The translations under genes and the position numbers were made by a program. The notes under the pieces were generated by a model, which saw only the letters and a program-made list of their open reading frames with translations, was not told the DNA's origin and did not search any database. A DNA stretch of 64,000 nucleotides, from assembly GCF_009914755.1 (NCBI RefSeq), contig NC_060930.1, one strand, 5' to 3'. Below, in pieces: positions 25,527 to 38,184 of the stretch (the first letter of the stretch is position 1; the number at the start of each line of letters is the position of its first letter). The DNA is from the human T2T-CHM13v2.0 reference genome, Homo sapiens.

Positions 25527-27254
25527 ATGATTAGACCCAAAAATGCTAAGGACTGTACTTCCAATAGTATGGAGAACACTGATATTCCTTGGTGTGAACT
25601 GTTTAGAGAGTTATGCAAAATTAATGCATTTGACACTCCTAATTCACTGCTCACGAGAGGCAAGAAGTTTAGTGACTCTATACATAATACCTTTGACCAT
25701 ATATGGAGAACCAAAGAACATAATGAAGCTGGTTGGTTGCTCCTAACTTCAGTGGACAAAAGGATGAAAGAAAATGATGAACTTAGGGACTCTGTCTCCT
25801 GGCTTCAGAAGCAGATACTGAGCCTCAAATCTGCCAAGATTACCCTGAGTGAGAGTCTTATCTCCTGTAGAGAAAGAGCTGAAATTGTGGGAAAACAGAC
25901 ACAGCTCTTATCCTGCAAGTGGCTGACCTGCAACAAAAGGTGCATGCACAGCCTCGCCAGGTGTCTACTGTTAAAGTGAGGGCATTGATTGGAAGAGAAT
26001 GGGGCTCTGAAACTTGGAATGGGGATGTATGGGAGGACCTGATGAAGCTGGGGACACTGAGTTTGTAAACTCTGATGAAACTTTTTTGCCAGAAGGAACA
26101 GCTTTCCCATTCACAGTAATGACAACATCCCCTCCCCAACCCATGCTGCCATCAGCCTTTCCACCTTTTCTGAGGAGATAAACCCTGTGCTGCCTGAGGC
26201 AACAGTGATGACCTGCCCTGAGGCAGTTGCCAAGCAAGATAATGTTGTTTCTCCTTAGGAGCCACCCCCAACACCCCTGTTTGCTTCTAGACTTATAACT
26301 AGAATAAAGTCCCAGTGGGTCCCTAGAGGTGAGGTTGAGAGTATGATCCATGAGGAAGTGTGCTACACTCAAAGAAAATTGTTTGAGTTCTCTAATTTAT
26401 ATAAACAGAAATCTGGAGAACAGGCATGGGAATGGATATTAAGGGTATGGGATAATGGTGGAAAGAACAGAATTGGATCAGGCTGAATTTACCGATTTGG
26501 GTCCACTAAGAAAGAACTCTGTTATTAATTTTGCAGCTTGGGGAGTTTAAAAAGGTTCTAATAGTTTATTTGCTTGGTTAGCTGAAATATGAATTAAAAG
26601 ATGGCCCACTGTGAGCAAGCTGGTAATGCCTGATCTCCCTTGGTTTAATGTAGAGGAAGGGATCCAAAGGCTTAGGGAGATTGGGATGGTGAAGTGGATT
26701 AGTCATCTTAGACCTACTCATCCCAGCTGGGAGGGTCCAGAAAATATACCCTTGACCAATGCCTTGCAAAATAGATTTGTAAGGGCAGCACCTGCATCTT
26801 TGATGACCCCTGTAATTGCTCTTCTCTGTATGTAAGATCTAACAGTGGGAAATGCAGCCGCTCAACTAGAAAATTTAAATACAATGGGAATAATTGGTTT
26901 CTGGGGTGGCAAAATTTAAATACAATGGGAACAATTGGTTCTGGCAGGGGCCAAGTGGCAGCACTCAACCATCAAAGGCCAGGTGGGTGTAACTACCGTA
27001 ATGGACAGCAGAGGCAAAGCAGCAATCAGAATAGTCTGATTCATGTAGAGCTCTGGCATTGGGTAATTATTTATGGTGTTCCTAGAAGTGAAATTGATAG
27101 GAAGCTTACTGCATTCCTACTTAATTTATACAAGCAGAAAACTTTTAGGTCGAATGGACAAAAGACTAATTTGAATTATAAAAACAGAGAATCACAGACT
27201 CTCAATCAGCTTCCAGACTTGAGCCAGTTTACAGACCCAGAACCCCTTGAATAA
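25527..27254 (+). pseudogene. gag: HERV-L gag (frameshifted, with stops)
   Basis: ORF fragments MIRPKNAKD...PWCELFRELCKIN, MPDLPWFNVEEGIQRLREIGM, ...LPDLSQFTDPEPLE*. Confidence 0.9.
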
Positions 27255-27329
27255 GTGGGAGGCTGGGTCCCATTGAAGAAGGACTCCACTACATTACCCA
27301 CAGTTTATGTGGTGAGTCTTCTGCCATCC

Positions 27330-27640
27330 TTCCCCAAGGAGACCTCCAGCCTTTTACCAGGGTAACTGTCACTGGGGAAAGGGAAATGATCAGACATTTC
27401 AGGGACTACTGGACACTGGCTGTGAGCTGACATTGATTCCAGGGGACCCAAAACATCATTGTGGTCCTCCAGTTAAAGTAGGGGCTTTTGGAGGTCAGGT
27501 AATTAATGGAGCTTTAGCTCAAGTTTGACTTAGAGTGGGTCCAGTGGGTCTCTGGACTCAACCTGTGGTCATTTCCCCAATGCATAATTGGCATAGACAT
27601 ACTTAGCAACTGGCAGAACACCCACATTGGTTCCCTGGCT
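27330..27640 (+). pseudogene. pro: HERV-L aspartyl protease
   Basis: gga cta ctg gac act ggc = GLLDTG (catalytic Asp codon 27412-27414), followed by CELTLIP. Confidence 0.9.
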
Positions 27641-27646
27641 GGTAGG

Positions 27647-30240
27647 GTGATGGCTATTATGGTGGGAAAGACCAAATGGAAGCCAATAGAGCTGCCTCTA
27701 CCTAGAAAAATAGGAAATCAAAAGCAATATCACATCCCTGGAGGGATTGCAGAGATTAGTGCCACCATAAAGGACTTGAAAGATGCAGGGGTGATGATTC
27801 CCACCACATCCTCATTCAAATCTCCTATTTGGCCTGTGCAGAAGACAGCTGGATCTTGGAGAATGACAGTGGATTATCGTAAGCTTAACCAAGTGGTGGC
27901 TCTAATTACAGCTGCTATGCCAGATGTGGTTTCATTGCTTATGCAAATTAACACATCTCCTGGTACCTGTTAGGCAGGCATTGACTTGGCAAATGCCTTT
28001 TTCTCCATTCCTGTCCATAAGGCCCACCAGAAGCAATTTGTCTTCAGCTGGAAAAGCCAGGAATATACCTTTACTGTCCTACCTCAGAGGTATATCAACT
28101 CTCCGGCTTTGTCTCATAATCTTATTCGGAGAGAACTTGATCACTTTTCACTTCTGGACGATATCACACTAGTCTGTTACATTGGTGATATTATGCTTAT
28201 TGGATCCAGTAAGCAAGAAGTAGTAAACACACTGGACGTATTGGTGAGACATTTGCATGCCAGAGGGTAGGAAATAAATCTGACGAAGATTCAGGGACCT
28301 TCTACCTCAGTAAAATTTCTAGGGATCCAGTGGTGTGAGGCCTGTTGAGGTATACTCCTTGTAAGGTGAAGGATAAGTTGCTGCATTTGGCTCCTCATAC
28401 AACCAAGAAAGAGAAACAATGCCTAGTAGGCCTGTTTGGATTTGGGAGGCAACACATTCCTCATTTGGGTGTGTTACTCTGGCCCATTTATTGAGTGAAC
28501 CGAAGGGCTGCCAGTTTTGAGTGGGGTCCAGAACAGTAGAAGGCTCTGCAATAGGTCCAGGCTGCTGTGCTAGCTGCTTTGCAACTTGGGCCATATGACC
28601 CAGCAGATTCAATGGTGCTTGAGGTGTCAGTGTCAGATAGGGATGCTGTTTGGCGCCTTTGGCGGGCACCCATAGGTGAATCACAACGGAGATCTCTAGG
28701 ATTTTGGAGCAAGGTTCTGCCATATTCTGCAGATAACTACTTTCCTTTTGAGAGACAGCTCTTGGCCTGTTACTGGGCTTTGTTGGAAACTGACCGTTTG
28801 ACTGTGGGTCATCAAGTCACCTTGCAACCTGAACTGCCTATCATGAACTGGGTACTTTCTGACCCATCTAGCCATAAAGTGGGTCATGTACACCAGCATT
28901 CCATCATCAAATGGAAGTGGTATATACGTGATCAGACTCGAGCAGGTCCTGAAGGCACAAGTAAGTTACATGAGGAAGTGGCACAAATGCCCATGGTCTC
29001 CACCCTGCCACCCTGACTTCTCTTCCCCAGCCTGCACCAATGGCCTCATGGGGAGTTCCCTATCATCAGTTGACAGAGGAAGAGAAGACTAGGGCCCGGT
29101 TCACAGATGATTCTGCATGATATGCAGGCACCCCCTAAATGTGGACAGCTATAGCACTACAGCCCCTTTCTAGGACATCCCTGACAGACAGCAGTGAAGG
29201 GAAATCTCAGTGGGCAGAACTTTGAGCAGTGCACCTGGTTGTGCACTTTGCATGGAAGGAAAAATGGCCAGACGTGCAATTATAAACTGATTCATGGGCT
29301 GTAGCCAACGGTTTGGCTGGATGGTCAGGGACTTGGAAGAAGCATGATTGGAAAATTGATGACAAAGAAATTTGGGGAAGAGGTATGTGGAGGGACCTCT
29401 GAGTGGTCAAAACCTGTGAAGATATTTGTATCCTATGTGAGTGCTCAATGACGGGTGACCTCAGTGGAGGAGGAGTTTAATAATCAAGTGGATAGGATGA
29501 CCCTTCTGTGGACAGACACCACTCAGCTTCTTTCCCCAGCCACCCCTGTCATCACCCAATGGATGCCCATGAACAAAGTGGCCTTAGTGGCAGGGATGGA
29601 GGTTACGCATGGGCTCAGCAACATGGACTTCCACTCACCAAGGCTGACCTGGCTATGGCCACTGCTGAGTGCCCAATTTTCCAGCAGCAGAGACCAACAC
29701 TGAGCCCTAGATATAGCATCATTCCTCGGGGTGATCAGCCAGCTACCTGGTGGCAGGTTGATTATATTTGACCTCTTCCATCACAGAAAGGGCAGAGGTT
29801 TGTACTCACTGGAGTAGATACTTACTCTGGATATTGGTTTGCCTATCCTGCACACAATGCTTCTGCCAAGACTAGCATCTATGGATTCACAGAATGCCTT
29901 ATCCATTGTCATGGTATTCCACACAGCATTGCCTCTGACCAAGGCACTCTCTTTACGGCTAAAGAAGTGTGGCAGTGGGCTCATGCTCATGGAATTCACT
30001 GGTCTTACCATATTCCCCATCATCCTATAGCAGCTGGATTGATAGAATGGTGGAATGGCCTTTTGAAGTCACAATTACAATGCCAACTAGGTGACAATAC
30101 TTTGCAGGGCTGGGGCAAAGATCTCCAGAAGGCCATGTATTCTCTGAATCAGCGTCTGATATATAGTACTGTTTCTCCCATATCCAGGATTCATGGGTCC
30201 AGGAATCAAAGGGTGGAAGTGGAAGTGGCACCACTCACCA
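27647..30240 (+). pseudogene. pol: HERV-L pol (RT, RNase H, integrase), disrupted
   Basis: SPIWPVQK..WRMTVDYRKLN, ANAFFSIP, VLPQRY, YIGD (degenerate YIDD), ERQLLACYWAL, WWQVDYI; multiple stops and frameshifts. Confidence 0.93.
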
Positions 30241-30728
30241 TCACCCTTAGTGATCCACTAGCAAAATTTTTGCTTCCTGTTGCCATGACATTACGTCCTG
30301 CTTGCCTAGAGGTCTTAGTTCCAGAGGGAGGAAGGCTGCCGTCAGGAGATACAACAATGATTCCATTAAACTGGAAGTTGAGATTGCCACCTGGACACTT
30401 TAGGCTTCTCCTACCTTTAAGTCAACAGGCTAAGAAAGGAGTTACAATGTTGACTGGGGTGATTGACCTGGACTGTCAAGATGAAATCAGTCTACTACTA
30501 CATAACAGAGGTAAGGAAGAGTACTCATGGAATACAGGAGATCCATTAGGGTATCTCTTAGTATTACCATGCCCTGTGATTAAGATCTATGGGAAACTAC
30601 AAAGGCCCAATCCAGGCAGGACTACAAATGATCCAGACCCTTCAGGAATGAAGGTTTGGGTGACTCCACTAGGAAAAAAGCCACGATATGCTGAGGTGCT
30701 TGCTGAAGGCAAAGGGAATACAGAATAG
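30240..30728 (+). pseudogene. HERV-L dUTPase, in frame with the integrase C-terminus
   Basis: IPLNWKLRLPPGHF..GVIDLDCQDEISLLLHN in ORF 29967-30728. Confidence 0.88.
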
Positions 30729-31096
30729 ATAGTAGAAGTCATCAATGCCAGCTATGACCACGTGGCCAGCTGCAGAAATGAGAACTGTAATTGTCATGAG
30801 TATTTCCTCCTTGTTTTGTTAAAAATATGTTCGTGCATGCATACACTTGTACTAAGAAAATATCTTCATTTTATTTCCTTTTTCTTTATCACGTGACATA
30901 AGATTTATTGACTTCATATCAGCATTTAAGTATTGTTAACTTTATGTAATAGTATTTGGATTGGGGATTGGTACATTTCTGGTTGTATGAAGGATAGTTA
31001 TGTTAGGCATAATTATGACCTTATTATTGGCTTTACTTGAAGACTATGGATGATCTCAGGAGATGTGTATGGGTTCAAGTTGACAAGGCGTGGACT

Positions 31097-31709
31097 TAAG
31101 ATGGTTAATACTGATTGTCACCTTGATTGGATTGAAGGATGCAGTATTGATTCTGGGTATTTCCGTGAGGGTGTTGCCAAAGGAGATTAACATTTAAGTC
31201 AGTGGGCTGGGAGGGCAGACCCATCCTTAACTGAGTGGGCACCATCCAATCAGCCGCCACCAAATATAAAGCAGGCTGAAAAATGTGAAGCGGCAAGACT
31301 GGCCTAGCCTCTCAGCCTACATCTTTCTCCCATGCTGGTTGCTTCCTGCCCTGGAATATCAGACTCCAAGTTCTTCAGTTTTGGGACTCAGACTGGCTCT
31401 CGTTTCTTCTCAGCTTGCAGACAGCCTATTGTGGGACCTTGTGATCATGTAAGTTAATACTTAATAAACTCATATATATATATGAGTTTATAATGATGTA
31501 TATATCTTATATATATTGACTTCATATCAGCATTTAAGTATTGTTATACTTAATAATACTTAATAAACTCATATATGACTTTATATATGATATATATATC
31601 TTATATACATATATTGACTTCATATCAGCATTTAAGTATTAAGATATATATGTATATATATATATCTTTCCTATTAGTTCTGTCCCTCCAGAGAACCCTG
31701 ACTAATACA
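31097..31709 (+). mobile_element. 3' LTR MLT2A1
   Basis: Follows PPT aaggcgtggact; homologous to the 5' LTR; ends gactaataca. Confidence 0.95.
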
Positions 31710-32260
31710 GTATGCAAATAAGCAGAAAACTATTAATATGACTCATAAAGAGGGAGTAAAATTAGTCAATAAAATCAAACCAGGGTTTGGCAGTGATAAT
31801 CAAAGCAGCAGACAAGGACATTAAAATGAATCTTGTGAATAGTTCAAAAAGGTTGAGGAAAACATGACTATGGTGAAGAGAGAAATGGGAGATGGAAAAA
31901 TTACCCAAATGAAACTTCTAGATATGGCAAAAATTATATATGAAATCGAAAACACTGCAAGAGAGGAACAGCATATTAAGGCACTGTAGAGAAAAAGACA
32001 TGGGAGTAGAAATTACTCAAATGAAGGAGAGAGGGAGAGAGACAGAAAAAGAGAAGGAGAGATGGAGTGAAACTAAAAGTCCCCCAAAGCATTGGTAATC
32101 TGTATGACATTAGCAGGGAACCTAATGTGCGTATCTAGAGTACCAGAATAAGAGAAGAGAGGAGGGGGGGCAAAACAATATTTAAAAGATAATGACCAAA
32201 AATGTTCCAAATTTAGTGAAAACTGCAAACCTGCAAATCAAAGAATCTCAAAAATTCTTA

Positions 32261-32591
<331 letters not shown>

Positions 32592-33409
32592 AAAGAAAAA
32601 TACACCAAGGCACAATGAATCAATTTTTCAAAAAACACAGAAAACAAAAGAAGTTACCAGTGGCATAAGAATAAAGATATAGTGTGTGCAGAGGAACACA
32701 GATAAGAAAAGGAGATTTTGCTTGAAATTATGCAAACCAGAAAGTAGAGCCATTTTTATTTTAGGGGTTATATTATTAACTTAGATTACTTTATCCAGAA
32801 AGAAAAATATCTTTCAAAACTGAATGGGAAATAAAGACTTTTTCAGGCATACAAAAGGTGAAAGAAATCATTGCCAGACTCCCTACACTACAAGAAATGT
32901 TAAAGGAAGTTCTTTATGGGAGAGGATAATAGAAGTTTGGATCAGAAGAAAATGGAAAGCATCAGTAATGATAAATATATGGATGACTATAAAATTTTTA
33001 AATTTATTATACCTTTAAGCAATAATTGACTACACAAAAATAACATAGAGTAAGGGTGGAAGAACAGGAGGGAACAAAATGCATGACAACAATACCATGA
33101 AAGATACATGCAGTGGTACAATATTATTTGAAGGTAAATTGTGTTAAGTTAAAGATACATATTATAAGACAGCAAACATGAAGAAAAGGTATGAAATTGA
33201 AATTTTATGAAGTATGTTTTCTGATCACAATAGAATTAAAATTAAATAAGAAATCAATAATAACAACAAACTCAGATATGTATAAATTAGCACACTTCTA
33301 AGTAACCCAAGAATTACATAAGGTATCGAATAAAAACACAGCAATTAAAAAAATTAACAACATTGTGGGCTGCAGCTAAAAAGGTATATCATTTTAACAC
33401 CTTTAGATT

Positions 33410-34063
33410 TATTGTTCAAGTTCTGGTGTTGCTTATTACATTATGGATTCTTGTGTCTTTCTTTTGGAGAACAATATTCAGAAACTAAGGTATAGATGCT
33501 AGATAAAGTCATTGCTAATGGGATGTTATTATGTATAGGTCCCTCAGTGAACAGAGCTAAGAAATTAATAACATATACATACAACATACATACATTTGTG
33601 TAGATGTATACTTCACCATATACATAGCCATATGCGTATATATCTGTATCCATTTATCTATCATATGTCTACATTAAAATCCATGCTTTCACACTGATGC
33701 TTTAGTTTCAGTAACTTCCCATTTAATTTCTTACTCCTTATTTTGAAAGTCAGAAAACTGGCTCTCACTATGCACAGTATATTTATTTATATGCTTAGTC
33801 CTAGAATACACATAAAGTCATTTCAGAATTGCTAATCCACAACTCTGTGAAAAATAAATCTGCTACTAATAATTTATTATTTGTTCACAGTTCTTTTTGC
33901 CTTTAGCGTGAGGACATGGTCCAAATACTGTATTAAGTTGAAAAAAGTTACTTTGGTTAGTCTGTCCTCCCACTCCCTTAATTGTGGTAATATTATTAAT
34001 TTGAAATATAGTTCAGTTCATTTATTTCTGTTTGTACAAAATTTTAGGATTTTTTCCCATATT
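33410..34063 (-). mobile_element. L1MC-type 3' region
   Basis: tattcagaaactaagg...tcattgctaatgggatgt...ggtccctcagtgaacagagctaagaaat...aaaactggctctcac. Confidence 0.65.
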
Positions 34064-34067
34064 TGTC

Positions 34068-34799
34068 TGCCAAGAATTCTGAAGGATCTGAAATTTTATC
34101 CTACTTGCAAGCTAATAAATTATCTTTTTATTATCCAAAAAAAAAAATCTTTCAAAACTGAATGGGAAATAAAGACTTTTTCAGGCATACAAAAGGTGAA
34201 AGAAATCATTGCCAGACTCCCTACACTACAAGAAATGTTAAAGGAAGTTCTTTATGGGATGTCATTTATTGGATGGTAGTGGAATAAACAACAGTCTTGG
34301 TTCCAAAAAAAGAAAGAGAAAGAAGGAAAGAAGGAAGGAAAGGGAAGGGAAGGGAAGGGAGGGGAGGGGAGGGGAGGGAGGGAGAGAGAGAAAAAGAGAG
34401 AGAGATACAGAAAGAAAGAAAGAAGGAAAGAAAGAAAAAAGAAAGAAAGAAAGAAAAATTCACCACTCACAGTGTGGCAAGAAAGTTGAGCATCATGTTT
34501 GAGTCAGTTCTCCGAATTCTCCAAGTCACATGCAGCAATGCAGAGGGAACCTGGTGGCTGCTGCACACGTGGTGGGTTTGCATTACAGCTAAGAAACCTT
34601 GAGCCTTGAAAAGTTGAGCCTTTTTTAGTGGGTTACAAGCAAACATGCCTGAACTTAGCTGTGAAATAAGACATTATTTTTGTTACATTGTCTTCTAAGG
34701 CCATTTGATATACAGACATCCAGAACAAAAGGACCATTATTACATCTGCTCTCAAGATGTGCAGAAATGTGGAGATCTTTTGAGAATTGTCTCTCAACA
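34068..34799 (-). mobile_element. LTR40-family LTR (3' LTR of a truncated provirus)
   Basis: Minus strand starts tgttgagagacaattctc; contains ctacttgcaagctaa; preceded on the minus strand by purine tract aaaaatgaggggtagcta. Confidence 0.8.
34306..34457. repeat. GA-rich compound repeat (GAAG/GGGAA/GAAA)
   Basis: Seen directly. Confidence 0.95.
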
Positions 34800-34889
34800 A
34801 TAGCTACCCCTCATTTTTACAAGCTTTGCCTTCTGGCAAATGTACACACGACTGTACCACTCCAGCAGCCATTCTGATTAATCTAACCC

Positions 34890-35340
34890 GTGGAAGCTAG
34901 AACCAAATCCATTCAGTTATCTCATACCTTATTTAATTAAGGCTATAATCAACAGAAGGATGAGGCCACCCTGAAGCATTGACTTCAGCCATACTCTGGA
35001 GGGTCCAGACCCTGTCAATTGAATGAATCCCATGACCCATCAGTGTCCATGTTTAAGTCAGGTGAATTTCTCTTTACATTCCTGTACTGACTTTTCCACT
35101 TGAACCAAAGGTTTCCACTTGAACCAGGTAAAGCAGAATGTATTAGCAATTTCACAGACTCCACCTTGATGGATGAGGAATTATCGGCCAATGCTATCAT
35201 CAGTAACAGCCGTGGTCTTTGAGTTGAGGCTGACCTCTATACCTTGCAGGGATGAGGTGTTACAATTGATCTCTTCAGCTAATGAACAAGTTTCGTACTA
35301 TCTATTCTAATGAGATAACTCCAACTGGAAGGAAATTGTC
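34890..35340 (-). pseudogene. env: Decayed retroviral env TM subunit (gamma-type)
   Basis: Hand translation: SLQGIEVSLNSKTTAVTDDSIGR*FLIHQGGVCEIANTFCFTW...QVEKSVQECKEK, then VWLKSMLQGGLILLLIIALIK*. Confidence 0.8.
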
Positions 35341-35539
35341 CACAGAATAAACATAAATAATAAATCAGTTGTATTCCAAGAAGTATCCTAAGTAACAAGG
35401 GTAATTTGGGTAAGGTGAATTTGGAGAAAATTCTGTAAAACTAATATGTATTATAATAAAAGTACATATGCATATGTTCTGATTCATATATATTATATTC
35501 ATATTCATATTAAGAAAATGGTCTTTAATTACTATTTTT

Positions 35540-37160
35540 AAAATTATTTCATAAGTAGATCTTGAAATTTGTAAAAGTTTCTCAGCATCTATAGAAATAA
35601 TCATATTATTTTTCTCCTTAAGTGTATTAATATGCTTGATTATAATAATGTACTTACTAATGATGTATCAACCTTCATTCTTGGAAATCCATTTACATAT
35701 AATGTAATAGCTGATGCTGTTGAATTTCAACATATACCATTTTGCTATTTGTATTCTTTTTTGTCTCATCCCTTTTTTGTTGTTATTGTTCTTCCTGTGT
35801 TCCTAGTTTCCTCTCTAATTTGAGGCAAATAAAAATCTTTTCATTCAATTTTATTTTTATATTACTTTTTGAGTTATATTTCTGCCTTTTTTAGTTGTTC
35901 ATTTTTATACTACAACATATATCTTTAACTCTCTCTCTTCTCCTTTTGGGACTTCACTTGATATTGTCACTGCAGTCCATTAAATTTTAAATCGTTTTTA
36001 ATCTGTGTTTTCACGTTGGGTTATTTTTATTCATGTGTGTCCACTCACTGACAACTTTTCCTTTTTGCTCTAATCTGCTGTTAATTCCATGCAATACATA
36101 TTTTCAAATTAAAGGCATTTTTATTAAAGGCATTTTTTATTAAGGCATTATAATTTCCATTATAGATTTTTCACCTTTATCATTTTTAATAGTTTCAATT
36201 TATTTGGTGACACTCCATCTGTTCATTCATTATGACAATGTTTTTCTTAAAGTTCCTGAATATACTTATAATATCTATTTTAACATCCTTGTCTTCTAAT
36301 TTTACTGTGTAGATCATCTTGGGGCCTTTTCTGTTAATCCTTTTTCATCTTGACTATGAATAATATTTAATATTCCTTCATTCTCTGGTAACTTTTATTT
36401 TAGGCTGGAGATTGTAATAATCCAAGAAGTTTGGATTATAATGTTTCCATTTAAAGAGTGTAGAATTTTGTTTTGGTAGGCAACTAAATTATTGCACAAT
36501 TACTTAATACCTGTTGTCTATTTTGTATTTTTATTTTTTAGAGTGGATCTATTTTAAGCTTTAGCTTAGTTCTACAGCATGCCGCTTATAGATTATGGCT
36601 CTTACTTCTTAGGCATGGCTTTTTTTGTCTCAACAGATTATTCATGATGCTTGTTGGGATCTTTGCTCTGGAACGGGTAGAATTTCAAAATCTCCCAGCT
36701 CTGCATAATCTCTGGTATCATTCTGAGATCTCTTCTAGGCCTTGTGGAAGTTTGTCATATGAGCTCTCAGCCATGTGAATCCCCATGCAGATTTCTAGGG
36801 GCTTCTGTCTTCATAGTCGCCTTTTCTAAAGTCCTCATGGTCCAAGTTCTAACCACTTCAGCAGTCTACAACTCTGACATCTGTCTCTTCAATTCAGTAA
36901 AGTTGCCGCTAGCTTGGACTCCTCTTCTGTGTTCTGTGGCAGGAGAATTACCCTATGCAGAAACTTGGGGTGATGGTGGGTTTGTTCAGGGGCTCAGATC
37001 ACTTACTCACCTTGTTCTCAATTATCACAGACCCAAGATGCTTGTTGTACAGTGTCTGAAAAGAGATGTCTTTTCTCTACTGTATTTTATCCACTTCGGC
37101 TGTTTTTGGTGTGAGGCATGTCCAGTACCAGTTACTCAGTCATGGACAGAAGTGGAACTC
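35540..37160 (-). mobile_element. Ancient L1M fragments (ORF2/ORF1/5' region)
   Basis: ORF 35365-35604(-) begins MIISIDAEK (L1 RT motif); T-rich antisense L1 composition. Confidence 0.6.
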
Positions 37161-38135
37161 ACATGGTTCTCTTCAACGAAAGAGCAACAGATGACAAAAT
37201 AACTAGTTTATTTTGACTAATTGATGTGAAATCTTGGGCAACTTGCTTATTCTTTACCTCAATTTTGCACACAGAAAGAAGAATTTGATGTATGATAGCT
37301 GAAGCCACCTTCTAACTTTAAGATTTAGGATTTAACAATATTTGTCAACCTTGTATTAAAAGTATAGAAAAAATTTATAAAATTAGTGTAATGAGACATA
37401 TTGCAAAGATTGTTTATTTTAGTTACAAAAATGTGAGTTGTTTTGGACAATGCTATTTATTTTATAGTTTAAAACCATTAATTAAATGGAGATCGACTGG
37501 TGGATATCTTCCCTTAGATTAAAAAACGTATCAGAATAATTGGGTGAATAGAATCTACTGCTATTAATATAACATCCATCAGTTATGCTGGGATAGGAAA
37601 AACAATTCAATATGATTATATGAAACAACTTCAAAATAAGAATTTTCATCTAATCATGAAGTTAGAGTGATTCAAATAGTATCATGAGTCACTACAGAGT
37701 TCTATTAATTATATTGCTTGGCAATATAATTTGATATTTCTTGACGTTGTGTGTTCTAACTATATTGTTATTCATTGAGATAAAGCTGGCCATTTCCTTG
37801 TTTTGGGTAGTAGCATTCTGAAAATTCTCAGTGTAGTCTTGTGATTTCTGGTCTCCTCGAGAATAGAATTTCATGTGATCATACCACTATCCGTGTCTGT
37901 TGACAGTTACAGTAATGATACGTCAACATTTTATGAATAGTTAGCTTTGAAAAATACTCATATGCCAAGATGTGGATTTTTTAAACAATTCAATATGCTG
38001 CCATCTGACAGCAACATAGACCTTTGTAGAAAAATGTTTTCTTTCTTCTGTACTGACCTATAGTGAAAGGAAGATTTTACCAATATGGAATTTCTGATAA
38101 CTGACACCTTACTCACAGAAATAGAAAGCTATTTA

Positions 38136-38136
38136 G

Positions 38137-38170
<34 letters not shown>

Positions 38171-38184
38171 CTTTCTCTCTCTTT
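38136..38184. repeat. (TTTC)n/(TC)n microsatellite
   Basis: Seen directly. Confidence 0.9.

Larger units (their letters stand above)
24629..31709 (+). mobile_element. Full-length defective HERV-L provirus (MLT2A1 LTRs)
   Basis: Two homologous LTRs, perfect 5-bp TSD GTATG (24624-24628, 31710-31714), PBS, gag-pro-RT-RNaseH-IN-dUTPase remnants, PPT, no env. Confidence 0.97.

Noticed and set aside
27647-28270. Potentially active reverse transcriptase
   Set aside because: In-frame stops and YIDD changed to YIGD; non-functional.
33881-34602. 132-aa and Lys/Glu/Arg-rich ORFs
   Set aside because: Chance read-through of L1, LTR40, the duplicated L1 ORF1 piece and a GA repeat.
36744-37202. 152-aa ORF
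   Set aside because: Antisense to a decayed L1 5' region, non-ATG start, no recognisable domain.
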